From positions 26,164,001-26,228,000 of the forward strand of contig NC_067401.1 of the NCBI RefSeq assembly GCF_016432865.1: DNA of 64,000 nucleotides. Reading direction: 5' to 3'. Position numbers and translations under genes: made by a program. The notes under the pieces were generated by a model, which saw nothing but the letters and a program-made list of their open reading frames with translations, made no database searches and was not told where the DNA came from. Below, one piece after another: positions 11,101-22,900 of this stretch. The stretch's first letter is position 1, and the number at the start of each line of letters is the position of its first letter. Origin of the DNA: Antechinus flavipes (lineage: Eukaryota).

Positions 11101-14100
11101 ACTCACGAGCCGAGGCTGCGAACCGGTCTTCCGACGCACTCCCGCTGGAGTGTCGTTTCCGGACCTTCAGAGAGAAGCTTTGCTAGATAGTTTTGCCCCC
11201 GAAACTCCCTGGCCTGGGCATCTGGGGCCGTCTGTGGAGAACCTGGGATGGTAGCATCCCTGGAGGGCCCCCTTTCATCCCTCCCTGACTGGCACACTGG
11301 ACAGGTCTTCTCTAAGGCTCCCCTTCCACGAGCTGCAGCAGCTCTTGAACAATCTATGCTCCTGGCTCAGAGTCAACTCTCCAGCTTGGGGCTTCACCCA
11401 AGTGCTAGAGTGGGGAGAGGGTCAGTATCCTGGTGGGAAGACCCACGTCTGCAGGAGTAATAGCAGACAGGGATCCCTTCCCCTCCTCTGAAGGCCTTTG
11501 GCTGGGGGGAAGAGGGAGGAGGGACATGGGACGCTGCAAGGAAGGAAACCTACTCCCAAGGCCGGACGCTTGGAGGGCGAGTCCTGACGGCCATGGGGGC
11601 CCCGGATGCGGTGCCTCTGGACCAGCTCATCGGCAGATGGGTCCGTCCAATAGTGGTCTGCCGTCTTCAGCTTGGTATACTCCAGAGCGCAGGGTCCCAC
11701 TGTGGGGAGAGGGACAGTCAGGATCTGAAGATAATCTCCTGGAATAGGAGCAGGGGAGCTGGAGCCCTCCCCGTCCTGGTACCCCAACCCTGCCCCACGC
11801 CCCACTCACCTAGCAGAGAGGCCAGGATGGGGCCAAACACGGGGTCCGCCAGCAGGGCTTCCTTCTCATAGTATTTGCTGTTCAAACAGAAGAGAGACAA
11901 GGGGTGAGCACAGGACCTCGGTTCGGTCACCGGCTTCCCCTCTGGATCGAGGAAGGAGATGCGGAAGCGGGAAAACATGGAATGGCGGAGTGTGCGAGGG
12001 ACTAGGAGCGAAAAAGTCGTGGCTTTGAACCTCACCTCAGACACCTCCTAGCTGTATGATCAAGGGCAATGGATCAATCATCAAGCAGCTATTAAGAGGA
12101 TATGCTGGAAAAATTACCCTGGCATGGATTCTGTCAATATAAAGTTATTATAAAATAAAATAAAATAAAAAAAAATATATATATATATAAAAAGAGGATA
12201 TGCTGGAACTTCAAGTCAAACATGAAAAGGCTTTGCCCTCAATTGATTAACAAGCATTTTAGCGTGCCTACCATGGAGGAGCCAGACACTGTGCTAGGTA
12301 GGGAAACAAAAACCAAAAATGAGACACGTCCAGCCCTCAAGGAACTTACATTCTAGCAAGCAAGTGATTTCGTTTCCCTGAATCTCCGTTTCTGCATTTA
12401 TAAGATGGGGACCATGATCCCCCAAGTACCTCTCTCACAGGGTTATTGTGAGGCTCCAAAGTCTTTTGTTAGTTTATTTTTTTTCCCCCTGAGGCAATTG
12501 GGGTTAAGTGACAGCTAGGAAGTGTTAAGTGACTGAGCAGATTTGAACTCGGGTCCTCCTGACTTCAGGGCTGGTGCTCTATCCACCGTGCCACCTTGCT
12601 GTCCCTGTTAGTTTACTTTAACCTGACATTTCTGAGGGGCACACTTCTTCCACACATCAGACACTTCTGAGCTGTGTGACCCTGGAAAAGTCACTTTACC
12701 CTATTTGCCTCAGTTTCCTCCTCTGTCAAATGAGCTGGAGAAGGAATGGCCAACCACCCCAGTATCTTTGCGGAAAAACCCAAATGGGAAGGAGACACAA
12801 CTGATCATAACAACTATGTTTTCTATTACACTTCCAGGTGGTATCTTGTCTGATACTCACAACAATCCAATGAATTACGTACTATTATTATTATCATTCT
12901 ACAGAGAAGAAAATGGGACTATGAAAGGACTTGCTCAAAGTCACACAGCCAGGAAATCTCCGAGGCAGCGTTTGACCTCAGTTCTTCCTGACTCACAGAC
13001 AATATTCTATCCCTCGCTCACTGAGCTTCCTTTAAGAGAAAGGAGAAGTAAGTGGATATTATACAGAAAGTGCTTGGAAATCCTAAGTCCTCTTAGGTTG
13101 TCCTTTAGTCAACAGCCTTGGTTGTCAGGATTGCTGAATAGCAAGAGGATCAAAACACGGTGATCGACCCAGCCCCGTGACCCAGGATTGCCAGAACTTG
13201 GGAAGAGGAGAAGGAGAAGGGGGAGAAGAAGGAGAAGATAGATGAGGAAGAAGAGCAAAAAAGAATGAGAAGGTGGGGGGGGGAAGGAGAAGAGAAAAAA
13301 GAAGATGACTTTGGTGGGTCAGAACATAAATGGGTTTAATTGTAGAAGGTTGGATGGAAGCTTTGCATCATTGGGACAGAGAGGCAGTGACATGGGAGGA
13401 GGGTGTGATGGGGGGCAGCACTCACCTGCAGTTTTCCACAATATACTGGACAACTCTGTCCAGCACTTTCTCAATGAGGGCAGTGCGCACCCAAATGTGC
13501 CTCAGGGCCTGGGGGCTGAGAGTTGGGGGCTTCCCTCCAGTTGAGCCCTGTCTCCGAAGGGCCTCCTGGTTGCCTCCTGTTGATTTCCTGAGGGGAGGGA
13601 AATGAGGCCATTCAGGGACAAGAGCAAGCCTGGGAAGAGGGTTCCTTGGGACTGGTGGCCCTGTCATGGCCTCCTTGTCTGCCAGGGGAAGATGTGGCCG
13701 AAGAGGGGACTTCACAGGGGACGAGGTTGGTGATGGATCGGAAGCTAAAGCTTCTCAGATTTCGAGCAGGTTGGGAACCTTGGAATCCAACTCCCAAGTG
13801 AGCTGGCCAGGGCTCCAGGCACAAGTGGTAGAGCTGGGACATAAAGCCAGCCTCCCACCCCTCCGTCCTTTTCCCTGGACCGTGTTTTTTCTCAGTCCTG
13901 GCCAGACCCAGTGGAGCAAAGAAAAACAAGGAGAACATTTGCCTCGCAGCCACCTGGAGAATGGCAGATGATACACAGGACCAGCTGACTTCCTAGAGGG
14001 AAAGTGGGCGAGAAAGCTAAAGGGAAGGCCCTGGAGTTGACCTGGGACTCACCTGCTCTCCACCTGCTGCTGCAGCTCCTGCACCTTTCGGCAGACCTCT

Positions 14101-17100
14101 CCGGCTACCACACAGGTCTTCCCCACCTTGGTGAAGAGGGCAGCCATCTTGTCACTGCGCAGGAAGCCCGCAGCCCGACGCCTCAGCTGATGCAGCAGGC
14201 AGGTCTCTACCACACCTGAAGAAGAGGGAAAGATGACACAAAAAGTCCACCTCTCCCCTTTTTTCATATCATTGGGATGCCGTCCACCATGACCTCTTTC
14301 ACCCGTTTCATATGAAGAGTCAGTTCTTCTCCTTGCCGACTGAACCTGCTCTCCATGGACAAGTAATTCTACCTCACTCTGTCCTCTCCACCAGACTGAC
14401 CTTCTATCATCTCATTCTCCCTCATCTTTGGTTGCTCCCTGTCCGCCGGCTGCTTCCCTACTGCCACAGACATGCCCACATCTCCCCTATCCCCCCAAAC
14501 TCTCACTTGATACGCTCATCCTGGTAATGATCATCCTACAGTTCTCCTTTGGGGGAGGGCCATCTACAATCAATGCTTTCAATTCCTTTCCTTTTACTCT
14601 CTTAACTCTCTACACTCCAGCTTCCCACATCATCATTCAACTGAAATTGCTCTATAAAATTACCAAGGATCTCTTCGTTGCAAAATCCAATGGATTTTTC
14701 TCCCAATTTTCTTCCAATTCCCCACAGCAATCTTTGATACTGTTGGCCACTCTCTCTTCCTTAAAACTCTCTTTTCTCTATGTTTTTGGGATACTACTCT
14801 TTTCTGGCTCTCCTTCTACCTTTCTGACTGTTCCTTAAGTTGAGATGTTCACCAAAGTCTTCTCTTCTAACCTTGGATGTCCCACAGGGCTCTGGCCTGA
14901 CTGTGGAGCCAGTGCTCTCTAATCACTGTGCTTAAAAAAATTAAAATGTTTTCAATTAAATATTTATCAACACTACACTTCTATCTCCCTTGTAGAAAAA
15001 GAAAGAAAAGTGAAATAAAACTCTTGTAATGAATATGCATAAAAATCCCCACATTTGCCAAAAACTATGTGATATTCTGCATCTTGAACCCATTTTCTCT
15101 CAGGAGGTGAGTGACATGTTTCATCTAGAAGTCTTCTGTAATCAGAGTTGATCTCTGCATTGATGAGCCTTCTTAAAGCTTTCTTAATCATTGTAGTTAT
15201 TGCATAAGATTTATCACATTAATATGTCATAATTTGTTTAGCCATTCCACTTTCTCCCCGGAGGAGGGAAAGGGAGGGAGGGGGGAGAAGAAGGGAAAGA
15301 AGAGGAAGAGAGGGGAGAAGGACACAGGGAAGGAGGGAGAAAGAGAAAGAGGGAGGAGAGGGGTGTGTTTTCACAGAATCTCACATTTGGAAGGGATTGC
15401 AGAGCCAAATTTTCTAACCAACATCTGACCCAAAGGTGGGCAAAACTTCTTTCCGCCCTTCTAGGCCAGGCCTGGCTGAAGCCCTGGAGAAAGGCCAGAA
15501 AACTCGTGGGTGCTTCTGGCAGTCAGTCCATAAGGATTTATTAAGTACCTATTTTTTTTTGCCAGGCATTGTGCTAAGCACAGGAGCTACAAAGAAAAGC
15601 CAAAGATAGTCCCTATTCTTAAGGAGATCACAATCTAATGGGAAACAACATGAAAACAACCATGTAGAAACAAGATTTGTACAGGATAAATGGGAGATGA
15701 TCAGCAACCGGAAGGGGTTAGCATTAAGGGAGATAAGGAAAGGCTTCTTGTAGCAGGCGGGGTTTCAGCTGGGACTTAAAAGAAGCCAAGAAGAGGAGAT
15801 GAGGAGGGAGAGAATTCCAATGAGGGAATTCCAGTATGGTCAGTGGAAGTGCATGAATGGGGCAGCTAAGTGGGGTAGTGGATAGAAGTCAGGAAGATCT
15901 GAGTTCAAATCCCAGACATTTGACTTTTTTGGACAATTTTGCCCAGACACTCTGGAAAAATCACTGGTGGGGGGAAGGGAAGACAGAGAGAGAGACAGAA
16001 AGGAGGGAAAAAGAGAAAGTGGGGGGAAGGGAGAAGGACAGAAGGAAGAAGGGAGAAAGGGGGAGAGGGAGAGAGGTGTATTTTCACAGAATCTCACACT
16101 TGGAAGCGATTGCAGAGGCAAGTTTTCCAACCCACATCTGAGCCAAAATACTCTTCGAGTCATCCCTGACTAGTCCATTTTGCTTTATCCATCACCCAAG
16201 TCAAGGACCTGTTTATAGGATTCCAGTGAAGTCGAGAGTTCATGAACTGATCCATTCTGTTTTCAGCCTGCTCCTACTGGTCTTAAGCATTAGATTAAAT
16301 GGATTCAGAGCTGGGAGGGAACCTGGGGGCCATTAGGGAACCAAACCTCAGAAAAGGGTTTGCCCCAGCTCATCCAAGTAGCAAGTGGAAGGGGTATATT
16401 TGAACCCAGACCCCTGACCCTCAATTCCGCACTCTTTCCACTGTACCACGGAGGTCTCCCTCTTGGACACTCAACTCCCATTTTCCTGCTCAGGCAGAAA
16501 CGTGCTCGGATGGAACCCAGCCCTCCCCCCGCTCATGGGGCCAGATAGCTCCATTTCTGCTGCTGCTCTATGGCAGGGTGCGCCCCCTCCACCTCCCTCC
16601 CCTTCTTCCCACAGCACATCCAACTAGCATTCGGCGACGTGGGGGCAGGGAACATGTGTGCAGAGCAGATCCGTCTCCTCTGCCTATCTGCACCTCCCCC
16701 CCTCCCCATCGAGGGGGAACATGATGGGCAGTGTCAGGACCAAGGGCACGGGGAGCAGCAGAAGCCAGCCAGGCCTCCCAGGGCCCTTGGATACTGTGGT
16801 TGCTAAGGAACCAGGCTCTGGAGAAACCATCAAATATTGATGGAGCTGATGCTGCGGTTATCAGGACTGACAACAACTCCTTCATTATTGATGAGCAGCA
16901 GCAGGGAGCAAAAGGAGGTTTCCAGGCCCTCTGGGGCTGTTTTTATAGGCTTGATTTAGGGGAAAGACCGAATTTCTCCCTCTGGACATTGCTTACCACA
17001 TGTCTTTGAAGAAATGGTGGACAGGCTAGAGGCCGGGGAGTGCACGGACTACCTTCTATCTCAATTTGTGGGTTTAAAGACTCACAGATTGTTGGATCCA

Positions 17101-19888
17101 AAGGGAGCTTCGAGCATAAGTCCCACTACCTCCTTTTATAGAAGTTCAAATCAGGGAATTGGCTTGGCTGAGGTTCCACAGCTAGCGAGCATTAGAACCC
17201 TGATTATTTTGTGTCTGCCTCTGGGTATACCTGGGTGTGATTGTAGGTTTTTAATTCGTCTATGAACATTTATGTTAACACACACACGTATCCATTGGTC
17301 TCTGTTTTAACTTGTGCCTGACAAATATGAGTGAGAGCAAGTTCACAGAAGCCAATTAGTTCAATTCTCTCATATTGCAAATGAGCAAACTGAGGTGCGA
17401 AGCGTTTAACGGACACAATCACAGATTTAGAGCCTGAAGGGACATGAAGTCCAAACTCCTCACTCATAGAAGCAGAAACAAGAGCTAAGTGACTTTGCCG
17501 AGATGACAAAGGAAGGGTTTGAACCAAGGAGGATTTCATCTTCGCTGGCTCCTTCCCCCAGCTGTACCCACCCATTGCCATGAAGCTCTAACTCGAGGTC
17601 TGGGTAGTTCTGGCTCAAGAAAAGCCCTTTTCCTTCAAGTCGCCGTCCAGCAGCAGCGTGAGCTGACGCTGGTCTTCTGCTGTCCAGATCCGAAGGAGAA
17701 AGAGCCATCGGGGAAGGGGGCAGTGCTGGATGCTGTCCCTGGCTGCCAGAGCAAAGGCAGGTGGCAGCAATTTGCAGCGAACACAAGGATGTGACTAATT
17801 GACAGGATAATGACTCATTAGTCTCCCCACCTTCCCCAGGGTGCAGACAAATGGCTAGAGAGGCAGGGCTGGAGAAGTGGGGAACCAAGTGCTCGGCTTC
17901 ATCTGCAGCCATCGAGCCCCACCCATTATGCTGGGACTGAAGGGAAAACCGAGATTCTCACGAGGAGCCAATCGTTTCCCAAACATGCCCCTTGCTCCGC
18001 AGCTAGCCACCTGTCTTTTAGAACGATGCTGTTAAAGTGGGAGCCAAGCCATAGCTCTCATTCTCTTCCTCCATCACTGTGGCAATGATGATCATGAAAA
18101 CAATAGTCTATGATGATACCCTATGCCCACCATTTTGTACGATCCTTGTGCAATGAATCCTGGGGTTCAAGATCCAGACCTGCCACTTAGTACTAGAATT
18201 ACCTTGGACAAGTCACTTTATTACTCCCTAGACCTCAGTTTCCTCATCTGTAAAATGAGGAGATTGGATAGCTTTCCAAGCTCCCTTCCAGCTCCAGATG
18301 TGGGATCATGATTTAGGATCTAGGATGATCTATATAATCTATGATCCAGGCTCTGTCATTAACAAGCTGTTTGACCAATCAAGTCCCTTCTCAGATCTAA
18401 GCCTCGAAGGTAGATTAAATAATTTGGGGGAAAGTGTGCACTAATTGCTTAATCAGAGCCAGCACCATGACTGGTCATCAGAGGCTATGGAAGAGGTCAG
18501 GCTGATGCAATAGGAAGGAAGGAAGCAATAGGAATCCAGCAATGGCTGTCTCTGTCTCTCTTCCCTGGACCTTTTTCTCTATGTCCAGTCTCTGCCCTTT
18601 ATAATCCGTTCCAGACAAGGCTGTCAGATTAATCATGTCCCTGCCTCAAATCTCACGGAAAAAATGTTAATAATAATAAAACTTAAGTTTCATATATGGT
18701 TTTTTTCTGGAGAGTTGATTGTTAAACATTAAAAGCATACCACTAGGTCCAGGCCATGAAAGAAACTGAGATAGATAGAAATAAAATCAAGAGACAGACT
18801 GAGGAGAGAGAATAGAGAAGGGAAAGAGAGAGACAGAAAAAACAAGATATTTTCTATGTTCTAGAGTGAATTTATTAACTAATTTATTGTGTTTGTCCTT
18901 CATTCTTTTTTTGCCTGAGGCAATTGGAATTAAGTGACTTGCCCAAGATCACACAGCTAGGAAGTGTTAGGTGTCTGAGGTCAAATTTGAACTCAAGTCC
19001 TTCTGACTTCAGGGCTGGTGCTCTATCCACTGCACCACCCAGCTGTCCCTTTGTCCTTCATTTTTGAAGAGGACTATGATATCAGGAGGTGATGCTATGA
19101 CTTGCAAGTGGATTGGATTTGAGTGATGTGCAAGGACACCTTCCTTACTTTCCCCAATGGCCAGATAGATACAGACCACTGGAGATGGCCCTGGAGATCT
19201 GGGTTTGAATTCTAGCTCTGATACTTTGTACTTGTATGACTTTGGAGCCTTTCCCATTACACAGGAGCTTTCCTTGTGCCAGAGCTCCCCTCCAGCCCCA
19301 TCATATGAACCATAGCAACCGATGGATACAACTGGGGGAAGGAATTAATGAAGACTAAATCCTCCTTGGTTCAAACCCTTCTTTGTCACTTTTTGTGTGA
19401 TCTGGCAAAGTCACAACTCTTGTTTTTGCTTCGAAAAAATGAGGGATTTGGACTAAATGAGCTCATGTCCCTTCGGCTCTAAGTCCGTGATTCCATTAGC
19501 AAGTCACTTGTGTTTTGCACTTCAGTTCCCTTATGTGTAAGTTACTCTCAGCTTCAGGTTCCTTGTCGTAAGGAGGACCTTTGCACTACTTGTCTGATAA
19601 GACCATGTTGAGGTGAGCACTTTGTGAAGCTTCCAGCAGATTCTTACTCATTTTCCCCCAAGCATGCTACTTGACTTCCCATCTCTACACATTTACTCAA
19701 ACTGTTCTCTTTGTTCAGGATGTCTGTTTCTCTCTTCTTGACCAAGCCTTTCTTTCCCCCTAAGGCAATTGGGGTTAAGTGACTTGCCCAGGGTCACATG
19801 GCCAGGAAGTATTAAGTGTCTGAGATCAAATTTGAACTCAGGTCCTCCTGACTTCAGGGTGCTCTATCCACTGCACCACTTACTGCCC

Positions 19889-19934
<46 letters not shown>

Positions 19935-19935
19935 T

Positions 19936-19966
<31 letters not shown>

Positions 19967-22900
19967 GTCCTATTCTTTTGGAGGAAGGATTCAAACCCAC
20001 TTCCTTTAGGAAGCCTTTCTTGACCACTCCAGCCCTCAGTGACTTCTAGTGCCATGTCAATCCAAATCACAGACTGTCTGTCCTTCATGAATGGGGAGTA
20101 TATTCTTCCTTGAGTCTAAGAGCCCTCATCTGGACCATCGATTCAAAGCTGGAACAAACCCGATCAAGTGCCCTTGATTTACGGGTGAGGAACCTGAGGC
20201 CCAGAGAGAATATAAATTCAATGCTAATAGGGATTATTTTATTCTCTTTATTTGCATCCCAGGTACCCAACACAGGTACCCAACATAATTATTACAGTTT
20301 AATCATTTCAGTCTCGTCTGACCCCATTTGGGGGTTTTCTTGGAACTGGTACTGGATTGGTTCACCATTTTTACTCCACCTTATTGTAAAGATGAGGAAA
20401 TCGAGGCAGAGTAAAGTGACCTGCTCAGGGTCACACAGCTTGTAAGTGTCCGAGGTTAGATTTGGACTCAAGTTTTCCTGATTCTGGAACCAGCATTCTA
20501 TCCCCTGTGCCACCTGACTGCCCTCGGCAATAATAGATATGCTTAAATACTTGATTGCTTGTTCCAGGTCAGGCATGTAGTTAAATAGCAAAGCTGAGAT
20601 TTGAACTTTGGTGCCTACTACCTTGGAGATAGCTGAGCAAGTCACTTAACCTCTGTTTGCCTCAGTTTCCCCAAATGTAAAATGGTAGAACCTACCTCAG
20701 GGTGCTGAACATCAAAGATAACATGTGTTATTGTCCTTAGCACAGGGTCTAGCACCATAGGTGCTTTATAAATATTTAATCCCTGCCCCCTGCCACTACT
20801 TTGGTCTTTTATTTTTGGAGGGGAGAATAAGGCAGATCCATGATGCCTTTGGTGTAGTCAACTGTCTATGAAAAAAACTCCCTCTCCAGCTCTTCAATTT
20901 ACATTTAGCAGCTGCTTGGGGGCACTAAGAGGTTAAATGACTGATTCAGAGTCATATATACCAGGCTTAACTAGAATTCAGATCTTCCCAACTTTGGGAC
21001 TGCCTTGCATGTTACCTTGTAGTCTTACTGGCCATTCATGTCTTTGTCTTGCTTCCCCAGGTATATGCAAAACTCCCAAAGCACAGGGGCTGTCCCAGCA
21101 GCCTTCTATATCCAGCACCTCCTGGAGTGTTCGGCACATCATAGGCACCCAGTGAATGTGTGCTGGGGCTCCTGGTAACTACCCGAGGCAGGAGAAGCCA
21201 CGTAGGGTCATCCTACGGGCTGCCTCTCTGGGGAAGTGTCTGGCATCACTTTTTGGGATGGAGCTAAATTTCCCAGGGAGAAGGGCTACCTGGCTCTCAC
21301 TGCCTGGCATCAAGGTCAAATTAGCCCCAGCTCTGCTTCCTACACCATGTGGGCTAAGCAGACTCGGGGGCTTCTAACATCCCCCAATAATGTTATTTCT
21401 AGAAAAGTTTCCAAGCCTGCAGGTCCTGTAGTCTGACCTACAGCAGGACAGGCTTAAAGCTTGTGAAGAAATCAATTCAAAACTTCCCTGGACATTTATT
21501 AACTGTGTGATTTAGTGAGTCACTTAATCCTCTCAGTGCCTCAGTTTTCCTATCTGCAAAATAAATGAATTTGACTCAATGATCCCTAAAGTTCCTCCCG
21601 ACTCTAAATCTAATGACTCAGATACTTGCTCTTCCTTCTGCTTCTACCCCTTCTGACCCAACCTGGTGCTGAACCTTGGTCTTAGGAGTTTTGTAGCAGT
21701 CTAGACCTGCTGAGGTAGCCCCCGGTTCGGTTCTCCAGCATAAGTCATCATCCAGCCCAATTTTAGGAGCCAAGGCAGTAAGGTGAAGAACAGGAGTCTC
21801 AAACCCACCCAATCCCAGATTTAGGAAGAAGCTAAGTTGGGCCGGGGAGACAATGCAGCATGGGACTCATGGAAGAGGATTCAGGACGCACAGAAGACCC
21901 TTCTTAATCCCTACCCATCTGCCCACACTAAGCCCAGTTCCCTTATCCAAGGTCCTGGATCAGATGTCTCAAGCCCCTGAGACGCTTCTAAGCCCCATGC
22001 TGTCCTCTATCACCATGGATCCTGCTTTGGGTTTAGAGGCTGGGATGCCGCCTTCCCTGCATCCTTTTGGGGAGAGTTTGGTGCTATGGGTGTGAAATGT
22101 TGGCTAAATTGTTATGCTTTGGTTAGCTTTGCAGACTGCTTTTTCTGCTTTGTTCATCTTTATTCTGAAGCGCACTGGTGAGGACAATGGAGAGAGAGAG
22201 ATTTGTAAATCAAGTTGATTTAAACACATAAGATATCAACAAAAAAAATGAGACTGTAAAAAATTGGGGTTTGGGGTAAAATCAGGTGATCTCATTTTGA
22301 TATCTGAGGGCCCCATCTTGGGGTATCCCAGTCTAGAAAAACTGAGGGAGGAGGCATAGAAACTCTGTTTTCTTTTCATAGTGTCCAGATGGCAGCCAGG
22401 GCTCAAGCTCTGAGCTAATAGGGAGTGGGTAAAAAGAACCTGTGGGTTGCCCTCCTTTGCCAGGCTCCTGCCCCCATCCCTGCTGCCTATGCCACAAGCT
22501 TACTCTCTGCTACCTCTAGGCATCTGCCCCCTCCCACCTGAACCCCTGGGGGAAGCTGGGCTGCAGTTGCTATAGAGATTTTCAGCTGGCTAGCCACTGC
22601 CAAGCATATGGCTCTCTACACAACTTGCTGAGAGATGGGGAGGGACAGAGGATGCTGCTACTTCTGCTAGTATCCCAGCCCATGGGGACAGCTTCATCTG
22701 CCACTGCATCCAGCACTCCTCAGGTATAGGGTCAGAGACCATCTGAGCAGAGATCCAAAGGGGCAGGACTCCTGGTTAAAATTCCCTACTGTCCATCTCT
22801 TAACTGGAGCCAAGAGTATCACGTAACTGGTAATGAGTGCTCAAGGCAAGCAGAGCTTAGCACTGGGTGGGGGAATGGTGAGCCCTGGTATCCCCATCAG

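Larger units (their letters stand above)
9066..12180. repeat. Tandem duplication, 2 copies of a ~1546-bp unit (~9066-10620 and ~10612-12180)
   Basis: Direct read-through comparison finds about 12 substitutions and one 1-bp indel; unit boundaries lie in A/T-rich tails. Confidence 0.95.

Noticed and set aside
17725-22710. REST/RE1-like half sites (GCTGTCC near 17733, GGACAGC near 22686)
   Set aside because: Too many mismatches and wrong spacing relative to the RE1 consensus.
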